Of a stretch of DNA of 64,000 bases, positions 36,403 to 46,748 are shown in pieces. The position numbers were made by a program, and so were the translations under genes. The stretch's first letter is position 1. Every line of letters begins with the position of its first letter. This DNA comes from an uncultured Actinomycetes bacterium. Lineage in GTDB: Bacteria; Actinomycetota; Actinomycetes; S36-B12. Where the stretch lies: contig CAWJHN010000004.1 of NCBI GenBank assembly GCA_963842725.1, positions 1,566 through 65,565 of the forward strand. Reading direction: 5' to 3'. The notes beneath the pieces were generated by a model that worked only from the letters and a program-made list of their open reading frames with translations, did not search any database and was not told where the DNA came from.

Positions 36403-37067
36403 GTCCCACCAGCCAGTCTCGCGGATGGCGTGTCGGAACGGCGGAGGCGACCGCTGGTCGACATGGACTTACCGAGTCTGCGTTGAACCGTGAGGCGTTG
36501 CAGCAGTGAGTCAAGCAAAGGCGGCTGACCTCACTCCCGGGCCTTACATGGCCCGTTACCTGTTGGCGGCCCCAATTGGGCTCCTGGCTTCTGGTCCCGG
36601 CATGCCTCCTTGGCCCACGTGGTCTGTGAAAGTCAACTTCGTAGCCATCGCGGTGATCGCGGCACCGAGACGGCCACGACGGTCAGGAGCGTCGCCTCGA
36701 ACGCGGAGTCGAACGCCATCCGGGTTCCGGCGTTCGCGAAGGACGGGCTGCGCGTCCATGCCTGGTGCTTACCGCCAACCGTGCCCGCCGAAGTGAACCT
36801 TGGCCCCCCGGGACCCGCGCCAGGTTCTGTAATCGTTCTTTCACATCCGCTGGGCGGATCAAGGCCGACCCCGGCACTGAGGCTTCTAGCCCGAGCACCA
36901 GGACGATGACCACTCCTCATGAGACGAGGTCCCAGTCAAACCTCGTAAGCCGGGCTACGCAGTGGCCATCTGACGGTTCCCTCAACTGCGACGCACCTGC
37001 GACATGACTCGTTTCGGAATCCCCAATCGCTGTGACACAGTGAAGGAAGCCCACGAGAGGACTTCCC

Positions 37068-38735
37068 ATGCTCGGCATTCGCCGGACTCCCACAACGCAG
37101 GCCCTGGCCGTTCCCGTCCTGCTCATGGCCCTCATGGTTTCGACCCTGGTCGGCGCGCCTGCTGCTAGCGCGGCGACCGGCGATGCCAAGGGGTACCCAC
37201 TTCCGGCCAGCGCCGACGGCCCATCAGCCATCGTGAGCACCAGTTCGAGCGATCTGTGGGTGACCCTGACCACATCGGGATCGCTCGCAAGTATCACCAC
37301 GGCGGGCGCGGTGACGTCTCACCCCGTCGCCGGGCTGGCGGCGAATGCAGCCCCCGCGGGTATCGCGCAGGACGCGACCGGCCTCATCTGGTTCACCGAG
37401 AGGGTCGGGAACGCCGTGTCGTCGGTCAGCAACACCGGAACGGGCCTGCAACGCGTGCCCCTGCCCGGCGCCGGATCGGAGCCCACCGCGATCACGGCCG
37501 GGCCGGATGGCAACCTGTGGTTCACCGAGAGTGCGGGCGATCGCATCGGTCGCGTCACGCCCAAGGGTGTGCTGACGGAGTTCGACCTCGCGAACGGGGC
37601 AGCACCGAGCGCCATCACGGCCGGCCCCGATGGCAACGTGTGGTTCACAATGAACGGCACCAACGCGATCGGCCGCATCACCCCGAGCGGGTCGATAACG
37701 ACGTTCCCGTTGGCCGGGACGGCCGCCGGCCTGCGCGGAATCACGGCTGGGCCGGACGGCAACCTGTGGTTCACCCAGTCCACGGCAAACCGGATCGGCC
37801 GGATCAGCCCGTCGGGTGCGCTGGCCGAGTTCGCCGTCCCAACCCCTGCAGGGGCTCCGTGGGGCATAGGCGGTGGGCCTGACGGAAACGTGTGGTTCAC
37901 GCAGGCGACCGGCGGACGGGTCGGACGCGTAACGCCGAGCGGCACGATCACCGAGTTCCCGTTGCCCTCGACGTCGGGGCGGCCCGTGGCACTCGCAGCT
38001 GGAGCCGACGGCAACATGTGGGTCGTCGAGCAGCAGGCCGACCGGATAAGCCGACTTCTCACCGGCGTAACGCCGGTTGTCAAGGCAGCGCCCGCCATCA
38101 CCGGGACGAGCACGACTGTCGGTTCTGTCCTCACCGCGACGACGGGCGCATGGTCCTACCAGCCGACCGTCTACGCCTACCAGTGGCAGCGCTGCGCGGC
38201 TGCCACGGCGGCCTCGTGCGCGGACATCGCCGGTGCCTCTGCCAGCAGCTGGACCGTCACGGCGGCAGACGCCGGCACCTGGCTGCGCGTGCTCGTGCGG
38301 GCCACCAACGTTAACGGACCCTCGGCCCAGTCGTCGGCCAGTGTGCTGAGCCAGATGGGACAGAAGCCAATCCCACCGGCGATCGTCGGAGGGGCCTCGG
38401 TCGTCGTCGCCCCGGGAGTCACGGCCAACTTCAGGGCGGTCAGCCGGACCAAGCGGAAGGTCCTGCGCTCCTACCGGGTGCGGTTCAACGAGGCTGGCGT
38501 GCGCGGGAAGGTGCGCATGACGCTGGTGTCCTCGTCCGGCGTCGAGGTTCTCGTCATTGCGAAGGGCAAGTGGACGACCACGCTCGGGCCTGTGTCGCAG
38601 TCCAAGAAGTGGCGCCGGATCCCAACGCGGGTCCCGCGGGGCGTGTACACCGTCAGGGCGGTCTTCACGCCACATCCCGCGCAGGCGTCCATCTACGCCG
38701 TGGCGACACTCAATCGGACGCTGGTCGTGCGCTAG
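37068..38735 (+). CDS. secreted beta-propeller protein with virginiamycin-B-lyase-like repeats and C-terminal Ig-like domain(s)
   Basis: Signal peptide (VLLMALMVSTLVGAPAASA). Seven or more repeats of the form GPDGN[LVM]WFT..(3-9)..IGR[IV][TS]P.G..TEF. The C-terminal part carries a YQWQRC...GA.ASSWTVTAADAGTWLRVLVRATN motif. Confidence 0.7.
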   Translation: MLGIRRTPTTQALAVPVLLMALMVSTLVGAPAASAATGDAKGYPLPASADGPSAIVSTSSSDLWVTLTTSGSLASITTAGAVTSHPVAGLAANAAPAGIAQDATGLIWFTERVGNAVSSVSNTGTGLQRVPLPGAGSEPTAITAGPDGNLWFTESAGDRIGRVTPKGVLTEFDLANGAAPSAITAGPDGNVWFTMNGTNAIGRITPSGSITTFPLAGTAAGLRGITAGPDGNLWFTQSTANRIGRISPSGALAEFAVPTPAGAPWGIGGGPDGNVWFTQATGGRVGRVTPSGTITEFPLPSTSGRPVALAAGADGNMWVVEQQADRISRLLTGVTPVVKAAPAITGTSTTVGSVLTATTGAWSYQPTVYAYQWQRCAAATAASCADIAGASASSWTVTAADAGTWLRVLVRATNVNGPSAQSSASVLSQMGQKPIPPAIVGGASVVVAPGVTANFRAVSRTKRKVLRSYRVRFNEAGVRGKVRMTLVSSSGVEVLVIAKGKWTTTLGPVSQSKKWRRIPTRVPRGVYTVRAVFTPHPAQASIYAVATLNRTLVVR

Positions 38736-38759
38736 CGAGGTGCCCCGTCACGTCGTCGC

Positions 38760-39090
38760 CTAGATCCGCGAAGGTCCATCGACGATGCCGTCCCGGATGC
38801 GGTCGATCAAGCGCACGATGCGGTGCTTGTCGTGGATGTTGTCAGCGTGGAGGCAACATCTCCTTGGCACGGACCAGTTGGTGCCCGTAGGCCCGCGTGC
38901 GGCGCTGGCAGGCGTAGCAGCCGCACGACTCGTCGATCGAGCCGAAGTCGCGTCGGTAGCTCCCGTTGGTCAGGGGGAACCTGCGGTGGGCGTGGCATGC
39001 GGTCCCGATACCGGCGTTGCCTGACGCCGCCACGCAGAGAGCGGGTCCAAGGGCGGAACGTGATCTCCAGAGGCCGACATCCAACCCCAA
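38760..39090 (-). pseudogene. tRNA-guanine transglycosylase (TGT)-family C-terminal remnant, frame-shifted
   Basis: IDESCGCYACQRRTRAYGHQLVRAKEML (ORF 38842..39090) followed in another frame by LHADNIHDKHRIVRLIDRIRDGIVDG-stop parallels the TGT zinc-site region [20 protein letters not shown]...LNTIHNL...L...IR.AI. There is no room upstream for a full-length gene. Confidence 0.4.
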
Positions 39091-39403
39091 CTTCGGTGAC
39101 CTGAGTGTGTTTCCATGGGTCTGCCGAGGGCGAAGAAGGCCGATGGCCCCTCAACACTGAGCAGGCAGGCCGGACCGGGCGCGCGGTTGGCGAGCGGGTG
39201 GGACCCGCGGCCGGAAGTCAATCGGTCCAGGTGTGGTCGCGCCACTTGGGGGTGCGCGAGTCAGCCCCGAGCGCCCGCGATCCCTGCAGGTCCATCGTGA
39301 GTCGAGTCCACAGCAGGGTGCGCTCCTCGCTGCCAAGCGTCGCTGGCGATGCCCTCGAAAGTGACGTCCGTCGATTCGACGTCTCCTCGCGAGCAGCCGG
39401 GCT

Positions 39404-42400
39404 TCAATGACGGTAGGTGTGGTCCAGGAGCCCGGTGATCTGCTCGGGAGGCACAGCCGGGGAGTACAGGTAGCCCTGCGCGGACGGACAGCCCATCTCG
39501 CGCAGGTGGGCTGCCTGCTGGGGCTGGAAGACGCCTTCGGCGGTGACGGCGATGTCGAGGGTCCTGGCCAGGGCGATGATGCCCGCGACGAGTCGATGGT
39601 CGTGCCCGGGGTCCGTCGCGTCGGTGATGAAGCTCCGGTCGATCTTCAACACGTCGACCGGGTAGGCGCGGAGGTTGGCCAAGGAGGCATAGCCGGTCCC
39701 GAAGTCGTCGATGGCGATGCCGATTCCGCGGTCATGGATGCCGTCCAGGTTGTCGCGGGCGGTGACCGTCTCTCGCAGCAGTGTGGTCTCGGTGATCTCC
39801 ACGCACAGACGCGTGGGGTTCGCCCCGCTCGCGGCCAGGGCGTAGTCGAGTGCGGGGAGGAGGCCGGCCTCGGAGATCTGCAGGGCCGACAGGTTGACTC
39901 GCATCGTGATCAGGCGGTCAGGCCTGGCGGTGGCCCAGGCGGCGGCCTGGGTGCAGGCCTGACGCAGGACCCAGTTGCCGATGTCCAGGATCAGCCCCGT
40001 GTCCTCAGCGACCTCGATGAACCGATCGGCGGTCCAGGTCTGCCCGTCGGGGTGGTGCCAGCGCAACAGCGCTTCAACCGCGATTACCGATCCGGTCGCG
40101 AGTTCGACCTCGGGCTGGTACCACATCGCGAGTTGTCCTCGTTCCAGTGCATGCCTCAGGTCGGCCTCGATCGCCAGCCGAGCACTGACGGCCGTACGCA
40201 GGTCCTCGTTGAACATCGACACCCGGTCCCGGCCGGCCGCCTTCGCCGCGTACATCGCGGTGTCGGCCTCGCGCAGCAGGTCGCCTGCGCCGGCGGCTCC
40301 GGTCGCGATTGCCACCCCCACGCTCGCCGTCGCGAACACTTCGCGGCTACCGATCGTGAACGGGGCCCGAAACTCCTTCGCCAGCCGCTCGGCCGCCCGC
40401 ACGGCCTCTGTTGGTTCTGCCAGGTCACGCATCACGACCACGAACTCATCCCCACCCAGCCGGGCAACCATGTCGCCAGCCCGCGCGATCGTCCCGAGGC
40501 GGGCCGCGCCGGCGACCAGCAGGGTATCGCCGGCAGCATGCCCCAGCGTGTCGTTGACCTCCTTGAATCGGTCGAGGTCCATCATCAGGACCGCCACCGA
40601 TCGACCCGAACGACGGCCTGCACTAATGGCGCGCGTGAGCTCTTCCAGCAGCGCCACCCGGTTCGCCAGCCCCGTCAAGGGGTCATGAGAGGCGAGTGCC
40701 TGCAACCTGTCACTGGCGATCTTGCGGTCGGTGATATCCAGCGCGACTCCGTGGATTCCGATGATCGTCCCGCTCGTGTCCTGCACGGCTTCTCCGCGCG
40801 CCAGCATCCACCCGTGCGAGCTGTCTGGCCGGACCATCTCCAGTTCCAGCTCGTAGGGAACGCCAGTCTGCTGGGTGATGGCCAACGCCGAACTCAGCTC
40901 CTGCCAGCTGGCGGGGGTGAACAGACGACTGTGCTGGGTGTAGTCCGGCACTGGGCCTGACGGGTCAAGACCCTGCATCACAAACAGCTCCTCGGACCAC
41001 GTCACGTGATTCGACGCGTTGTCCAACGTCCAACTGCCGACGTGCGCGATGCGTTGCGCCTGCTCCAACTGCGCCTGGCTTGCTCTCAGTTCGGCATCCA
41101 TGCGTTTGCGGTCGGTGATGTCCCGACTGGTCTCGATGACGTGGGTGACGGACCCGGCGGCGTCCACCTCGGGCGTGACCTTCGTTTCGTACCAGCGGTG
41201 CCCTTCCGCATCGTCGATCTCGAACTCGAACGTGACCGGGACGCTGGTCTCGAAGACTTGACGGTTGTACGCATCCCACGTCGTCGCGGCTTGGCCGTAA
41301 CCCATGTCCGCGAACGTCTTCCCAACCCATTGGTCGAGTGGGATACCGGAGTTCAGCGCGACCTGGTGGTTCACGTATTCGATGCGCCCGTCCGGGCCGA
41401 ACCGGATCACGGCGTCACTCGAGGAGTCGAGCACGGCGCGCAACAGCCCTTCGCTGGCGGCCAGGCGCTCGGCATCGGCGTGCTGCTGGCCGATGTCCTC
41501 GTGAGTACCCGTCATCCGCAATGGCCGGCCGTCCGGGGTCCACTCCACGATCCTGCCTCGGGAGTGGACCCACACCCAGTGACCGTCGCGGTGACGCATC
41601 CTGCACTCGGTGTCGTAGAACGGTGTCTGGCCGTTTACGTGTTCGTCCATCAATGCATCAGCGGCCGCAAGATCGTCGGGATGGAGCAGTCGGATCCATG
41701 TGGTGTAGTTGACCGGCGCCAGATCCTCGAGCCGGTAGCCCACGATCTCCGCCCACCGCTCGTCGAAGACCGTCTCCCCGGTTTGGATGTTCCAGTCCCA
41801 CAGCCCCAGTCGGGACGCCGCCAGCACCAACGCCAGCCGCTGGGTCTGCGTGGCCAACCTCTCCTCGGCGTGCCTGCGGGCTGTGACGTCGCGGGCCGCC
41901 GCGAAGACTCCAAGGACGTCACCGTGAGCGCTGCGGTAGACGGTGGCGTTGAAGAGCACGTCAGTCACGGTGCCGTCGGTGTTCCTGATCGCGAGTGGGT
42001 AGTCGGTAACGGCCCCCCGCGTGAACGTCAACGTGTAGCCGGTTCGGGCTTGGTCAGGGTCGGTGAAGTAGATGGCGAAGTCGCTGCCGATCAGACGACT
42101 GCCGCCGGACTCCCGTCACCCGTTCGGTGGCCGCGTTGACGTCCGTGATGACGCCGTCGGCGCTGATCGTCACCAGTGGGTCAAGACTCGCCTCGATCAG
42201 GCTCCGCGCATACTCGGACGCTCGGGCCACCTCCTCCTGCGCGCGGGTTCGCTCCTCGACGTCGACGATGATTGACAACAACAGCGGCCGGCCGTCGCCG
42301 ACAGGGGAGGAATGGACGTCGACCCTGCGGATCTCGCCGCTCGCCAGCCGGTGGGGGAACACGAAGTGCCCATCGACGCCAGTCGACGCCTGCGACATGA

Positions 42401-42686
42401 GTTCGGCCACCTCGCTTGGGGGCATCGTGTTGATCTGCGTGATCAGCATCGACCGCAGGTCGTCCAGGCCGTAGCCGTAGAACCTGGCCGCCGCGGGATT
42501 GGCGTCGACGATCCGCCCCGTCTTCGGGTCGATGAGCAGCATGACGGCTCCGTGGCCCAAGAACATGGCCTCGAAGTGGTGACCGCCGGGGATCGAAGTC
42601 GCGGCCGCATCTCGCCGATCCGCTCCGTTTCCGGGTCCCGGATGACAGGGTTGAGGATCGCGAGCTTCGGACATCTCGGCCCTCAT
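39404..42686 (-). pseudogene. multi-PAS GGDEF-EAL signalling protein (diguanylate cyclase/phosphodiesterase), one frame shift as sequenced; start approximate
   Basis: ORF 39404..42031 has PAS repeats, ARLGGDEFVVVM (GGDEF) and AVEALLRW (EAL). ORF 42054..42950 encodes a further N-terminal PAS domain ending ERVTGVRRQS. The join LIGSDFAIYFTDPDQARTGYTLTFTRGAV needs removal of one base near 42090-42110. Confidence 0.8.
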
Positions 42687-42759
42687 TCCGGCGCATGGCG
42701 ATGTGTACGGCAGCTTTTCGAAGCGTAGACCCGGAATTCCACGAAGGCGCACGCTGTGG

Positions 42760-42974
42760 GCCGAGCGGGGAGGCCCCCTGATCATGGGTGCGACGACGGC
42801 CTCCGGGCAGTAGCTGCAGAGACAGTCCAGTGGCTGGAGTGAAGGGGCGACACGGAACCGAGGTGTCATCTCGTCCGCGGACCTGGAAACCCAGGCGCTT
42901 GCCGACGGTTGGCGGGTTTGCCTCACCTGGACGACGACCGGTCCGGCCATGTGGAGATCGTCGACTACTGGTGA
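42760..42974 (+). pseudogene. HigB/RelE-like toxin remnant, multiply frame-shifted
   Basis: ADGWRVCLTWTTTGPA in one frame continues as HVEIVDYW-stop (TGA 42972-42974) in the next. This matches the HigB C-terminus pattern WRICFRW..G.A.DVEIVDYH. The upstream part (PPGSS...GVKGRHGTEVS) is only faintly recognisable. Confidence 0.45.
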
Positions 42975-42985
42975 CGCGGAGGGAG

Positions 42986-43207
42986 ATGGTGATGGCGAGC
43001 AAGGCGAAGGCGGCCGTGCTGGACCCGGTAACCCTGGGGGAGTCGCTTCGGGAGGAGTTCCTGGTGCCGATGGACTTGTCCCGCAACCGGCTGGCCGAGG
43101 AGATCGGTGTTCCGCCGCAGCGCATCGGCACCCGCTGTCGTCCCTGGTGCAACACCATTCTTCGAGCAGGTCGGCATGGTGCGGCGGGCTCCCGCCGCAC
43201 GGTGTAG
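42986..43207 (+). pseudogene. HigA-like XRE-family antitoxin, truncated or internally deleted
   Basis: MVMASKAKAAVLDPVTLGESLREEFLVPMDLSRNRLAEEIGVPPQRIG matches the HigA N-terminus through the first HTH helix. The recognition helix is missing and only a possible GATPFFEQ remnant follows in another frame. Confidence 0.5.
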
Positions 43208-43281
43208 CGGGCAGCAGTGTGGTGTCGTCTCTCGGAACGTCCGCTTTCAGGGGGTGGGTGCCGCCCGCCTACACTCTCAGC

Positions 43282-43941
43282 GTGGTCAACCCCGGCTCGA
43301 ACGGCAACCGGCGTGGGCGCCGTTCCCGGGAGGAGATCCTCGACGCAGCCGCCCGCGTCATGGCAGCGCGGGGCTACGCCGGCACGTCGATGTCGGTGCT
43401 TGTCGACGAGACGGGAATCCCCAAGAGCGCCATCTACCATCACTTCGGGTCGAAAGCGGGCTTGCTTGCCGCCGTGATGGAGCGCGGTGCCAGGGGATTC
43501 TTCGACGCGATGACCGAGGCGCATCGTGAGCCGCCCTCCACGGGAACCCCGCGCGATCGTCTCGAGTGGTACTTCCAGCGCACGGGCGAGGTGTGGGTGC
43601 ATCGAGCCGAGTTCCTCCGGCTCCTGATGCTGCTCGTTCTCAGCGACGAGGCCGCGGAAGCGCCCGAGGCGATGGAGACAGTCATCACGGTGCGCAATGA
43701 GGGCCGTGCCTACCTGGAGCACATGATCAGGTCCTCGTTCATCGACGAGGGCGAGCAGGTCGCGACCCAGGTCGCGCGGGAACTCGCGTACGTCGGAATG
43801 GTCGGGTTCGACGGGGTCTTCATCTCCCTGCAATCCCGCGACGCCATGCCGGTCGGCAAGCTCATCGACTACCTGGTCGAGGGAATTGCTGCCATCGGCG
43901 AGGCGCGGAGCCGCGAGCTTCGGACGGCCAGACGGCGCTGA
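43282..43941 (+). CDS. TetR-family transcriptional regulator
   Basis: GTG start gives VVNPGSNGNRRGRRSREEILDAAARVMAARGYAGTSMSVLVDETGIPKSAIYHHFGSKAGLL (TetR HTH). Confidence 0.8.
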   Translation: MVNPGSNGNRRGRRSREEILDAAARVMAARGYAGTSMSVLVDETGIPKSAIYHHFGSKAGLLAAVMERGARGFFDAMTEAHREPPSTGTPRDRLEWYFQRTGEVWVHRAEFLRLLMLLVLSDEAAEAPEAMETVITVRNEGRAYLEHMIRSSFIDEGEQVATQVARELAYVGMVGFDGVFISLQSRDAMPVGKLIDYLVEGIAAIGEARSRELRTARRR

Positions 43942-44031
43942 GCGCGGTCGGCCCACTGCTCCTGAGTCGGGACCACTCCAGGCGATGGGTTCCCGGAATG
44001 CATCGATTCACATCACATCCGCCCAGATCCC

Positions 44032-44083
44032 TTGACAAGTGACCTGTCATGCGCCAGCCTCTGCGGAAATGAACGGACCGTTC
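44032..44083 (+). promoter_or_regulatory. candidate promoter (TTGACA at 44032-44037) plus palindrome GAACGG-A-CCGTTC (44071-44083) upstream of the monooxygenase gene
   Basis: Read from the sequence. A 13-bp perfect palindrome overlaps a second imperfect one (GGACCGTTCGGTCC), 45 nt before the ATG at 44128 and downstream of the TetR gene. Confidence 0.3.
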
Positions 44084-44127
44084 GGTCCATAACTTGCAGA
44101 GTCCCGGGTCACGAAGGAGCACGAGCC

Positions 44128-45879
44128 ATGGCGAACCCATCAATCGAGACGGACGTCCTCATCGTCGGCGCCGGTCCTGCCGGGGCGAGCGCCGCTGCGC
44201 TGCTGGCCACGTACGGCATCAACACCATCATGCTGAACAAGTACGGCGGCGTCGCCAACTCGCCTCGCGCGCACATCACCAACCAGCGTGCCATGGAGGT
44301 TCTTCGCGACCTCGGTCTCGAGGCGGAGGCGGTTGAGGCTGCCACGCCGCAGCACCTCATGGGGGAGCACGTGTGGGCCACCAGCCTGGCCGGTGATGAG
44401 ATCGGTCGTCTGCGGACCTGGTACACGCATCCGCACTTCAAGGCTGAGCACGATCTCGGCTCGCCGTCCTCCGTCTGCGACATCCCCCAGGACATCATGG
44501 AGCCGATCCTCGTGAACGCGGCGTCCTACCGCGGCTCGAAGGTGCGCTTCAACACCGAGCTGATCAGCTTCACGCAGGACGAGGACTCGGTGACGGGGAC
44601 CGTGGTCGACCGCCTGACAGGCACCGAGTACGACATCAGGGCGAAGTACCTGATCGGCGCCGATGGCGGCCGCTCAAAGGTGGCCGAGATGGCAGGCCTT
44701 CCGTTCGAGGGCGAGATGGGTCTCGGCGGCTCGATCAACGTCGTGTTCAAGGCGGATCTGAGCAAGTACGTCGAGCACCGTCCCGGCGACATGTACTGGT
44801 TCATCCAGCCGGGTGTCGGCCACGCTGGCATGGGCATCGGCGTGCTGCGCGTTGTTCGCACCTGGAACCGCTGGGTCGGCGTGTCCGGCTACGACGTGAA
44901 CGCGGGGGAGCCGGACCTCACGAACGAGCTCGGTGTCGCGATCGCACGCAAGCTCATCGGCGATGACAGCATCGAGGTCGAGGTCGAGTCACTGTCCACC
45001 TGGGCCGTCAATCACATGTGGGCGACCAACAACACCGCAGGCCGGGTCTTCTGCGTCGGCGATGCCGTGCACCGTCATTCGCCCATGAATGGACTCGGAT
45101 CGAACACGTCGATCCAGGACAGCTACAACCTGGCGTGGAAGCTGGCCATGGTCCTGCAGGGCAAGGCTGGCAGCGGCCTTCTGGACACCTACCGGCAGGA
45201 GCGGGTCCCGGTCGCCGAGCACCTCATCGATCGCGTGTCCCGCAGCAACGGCCTCATTCCGCCACTGTTCATGGCGCTGCACCTTCCGCCGACCTCCGAC
45301 GAGGCGATGCTCAACTCCTCACTCGCCACGCTCAACGCGCACGCGGCCGAGTCGACCGAGTTCCGAGAGGCCTTCGACCAGGCGCTGCACGGAACGATCA
45401 TGTGCTACAACTCCCACGGCATGGAGTTGAACCAGTACTACATGTCCACTGCTGTCGTGACCGACGGCACCGAGGAGCCGGTTCCTCCGCGCGACCCCGA
45501 GGTCTACTACTTCGCCTCCACATACCCCGGCCGGCACCTGCCGCACGTGTGGCTGACGAAGGACCAGCGCCACGTTGCACTGTTCGACCTCTGCGGCAAG
45601 GGCTCGTTCACCCTCCTCACCCGCGAGCTCAACGCGGCGTGGCAGGAGGCCGCTGCCCAGGCGAGCACGGACCTGGGCATCGACGTCAACGTCGTGTCCA
45701 TCGGCCGCGACTGCGACTACGCGGACAGCTACGGCGACTTCGCCGCGATCTCGGAGATCGGCGAAGACGGCGCGATCCTCGTGCGCCCGGACCACATGGT
45801 CGCGTGGCGTTCGGCAGCGGCCGGTGACGCGCCCGCCGCTGACCTGGACCGGGTGCTCCGCGCAATCCTCGCCCGATGA
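44128..45879 (+). CDS. FAD-dependent aromatic-ring monooxygenase (phenol / 2,4-dichlorophenol / 2-hydroxybiphenyl hydroxylase family)
   Basis: Starts MANPSIETDVLIVGAGPAGASAA with GAAGGAG upstream. About 583 aa, with GADGGRSKV, CVGDAVHRHSPMNGLGSNTSIQD and a C-terminal extension typical of this family. Confidence 0.8.
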   Translation: MANPSIETDVLIVGAGPAGASAAALLATYGINTIMLNKYGGVANSPRAHITNQRAMEVLRDLGLEAEAVEAATPQHLMGEHVWATSLAGDEIGRLRTWYTHPHFKAEHDLGSPSSVCDIPQDIMEPILVNAASYRGSKVRFNTELISFTQDEDSVTGTVVDRLTGTEYDIRAKYLIGADGGRSKVAEMAGLPFEGEMGLGGSINVVFKADLSKYVEHRPGDMYWFIQPGVGHAGMGIGVLRVVRTWNRWVGVSGYDVNAGEPDLTNELGVAIARKLIGDDSIEVEVESLSTWAVNHMWATNNTAGRVFCVGDAVHRHSPMNGLGSNTSIQDSYNLAWKLAMVLQGKAGSGLLDTYRQERVPVAEHLIDRVSRSNGLIPPLFMALHLPPTSDEAMLNSSLATLNAHAAESTEFREAFDQALHGTIMCYNSHGMELNQYYMSTAVVTDGTEEPVPPRDPEVYYFASTYPGRHLPHVWLTKDQRHVALFDLCGKGSFTLLTRELNAAWQEAAAQASTDLGIDVNVVSIGRDCDYADSYGDFAAISEIGEDGAILVRPDHMVAWRSAAAGDAPAADLDRVLRAILAR

Positions 45880-46748
45880 CCGGCTCGAGCGCACCGGTGC
45901 CGGTCATGCCGGCTCGACAATCGGTCCAGACCGGCACGTTCTCCACCGCGTACTACCAGGGTGGCGAAGGTCCGAGACGGCCCGTCATCCTCGTCCACGG
46001 CGGCGGCGCCGGCGCAGAGAGCGTCAGCAACTGGCAGCGCAGCTTCCCGCTCTTCGCCGCCCATGGTCCGACGTATGCCATGGACATGGTCGGTTTCGGC
46101 AACTCGGACGCCCCTTCACCCGAGGCGTTCGCCTACACGCAGGACGCGCGCAACCAGCAGCTGATCGACTTCATCGAGGCGCTCGACCTCGGTCCAGTCC
46201 GCCTCATCGGCAACTCGATGGGCGGTTGCACCTCCCTTGGCGTGGCCATGAAGCGCCCGGACCTCGTCGACAGCCTTGTTCTCATGGGCAGCGGTGGACG
46301 GGCTCAGGCGGGCGCATTGTCGCCGGACCTCGGACCCGTCATCCACTACGACTTCACCGTCGAGGGGATGCGCGCCATCATCGGCGTCCTCGCCAACCCG
46401 GGCTTCATCCCGTCCGACGAGCAGGTCGAGTATCGCTACGAGATGTCGATCCGACCTGAGCTCAAGGCCGCCTACAAGGCGACGATGGGCTGGGTCCGCG
46501 AGAACGGCCTGTACTACCCGGACGACGCGATCGCAGCCGTGAAGACCCGCACTCTGGTCGTCAACGGGAAGGAGGACAAGGTCGTCCCGATCGAGCAGGC
46601 CTTCGAGTTCCTCACGCTGCTGGAGAACTCCACCGGTTACCTCATCCCGCACTGCCGGCACTGGGCGATGATCGAGTACCCCGAGCTCTTCAGCAGGGTG
46701 TGCATCGACTTCTTCGAGGACACCACTGACTACGGAGTCGCACCATGA
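45876..46748 (+). CDS. alpha/beta-fold C-C bond hydrolase (meta-cleavage product hydrolase family)
   Basis: 290 aa. Contains HGGGAGAES, the nucleophile elbow GNSMGG and HCRHWAMIE. Overlaps both neighbouring genes by 4 nt. Confidence 0.75.
   Translation: MTGSSAPVPVMPARQSVQTGTFSTAYYQGGEGPRRPVILVHGGGAGAESVSNWQRSFPLFAAHGPTYAMDMVGFGNSDAPSPEAFAYTQDARNQQLIDFIEALDLGPVRLIGNSMGGCTSLGVAMKRPDLVDSLVLMGSGGRAQAGALSPDLGPVIHYDFTVEGMRAIIGVLANPGFIPSDEQVEYRYEMSIRPELKAAYKATMGWVRENGLYYPDDAIAAVKTRTLVVNGKEDKVVPIEQAFEFLTLLENSTGYLIPHCRHWAMIEYPELFSRVCIDFFEDTTDYGVAP

Noticed and set aside
36556-36920. Minus-strand ORF fragments (…GGKHQAWTRSPSFANAGTRMAFDSAFEATLLTVVAVSVP / AITAMATKLTFTDHVGQGGMPGPEA) in the 660-bp gap after the SDR gene. 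I considered them as a possible mftF or mftR remnant.
   Set aside because: I found no recognisable glycosyltransferase or TetR motif. The fragments are short and split over frames, and I cannot assign them to any family from sequence alone.
37224-38675. 483-aa minus-strand ORF opposite the secreted propeller protein.
   Set aside because: It is an Arg/Gly/Pro-rich antisense shadow ORF. The plus-strand gene has a signal peptide and a regular repeat architecture.
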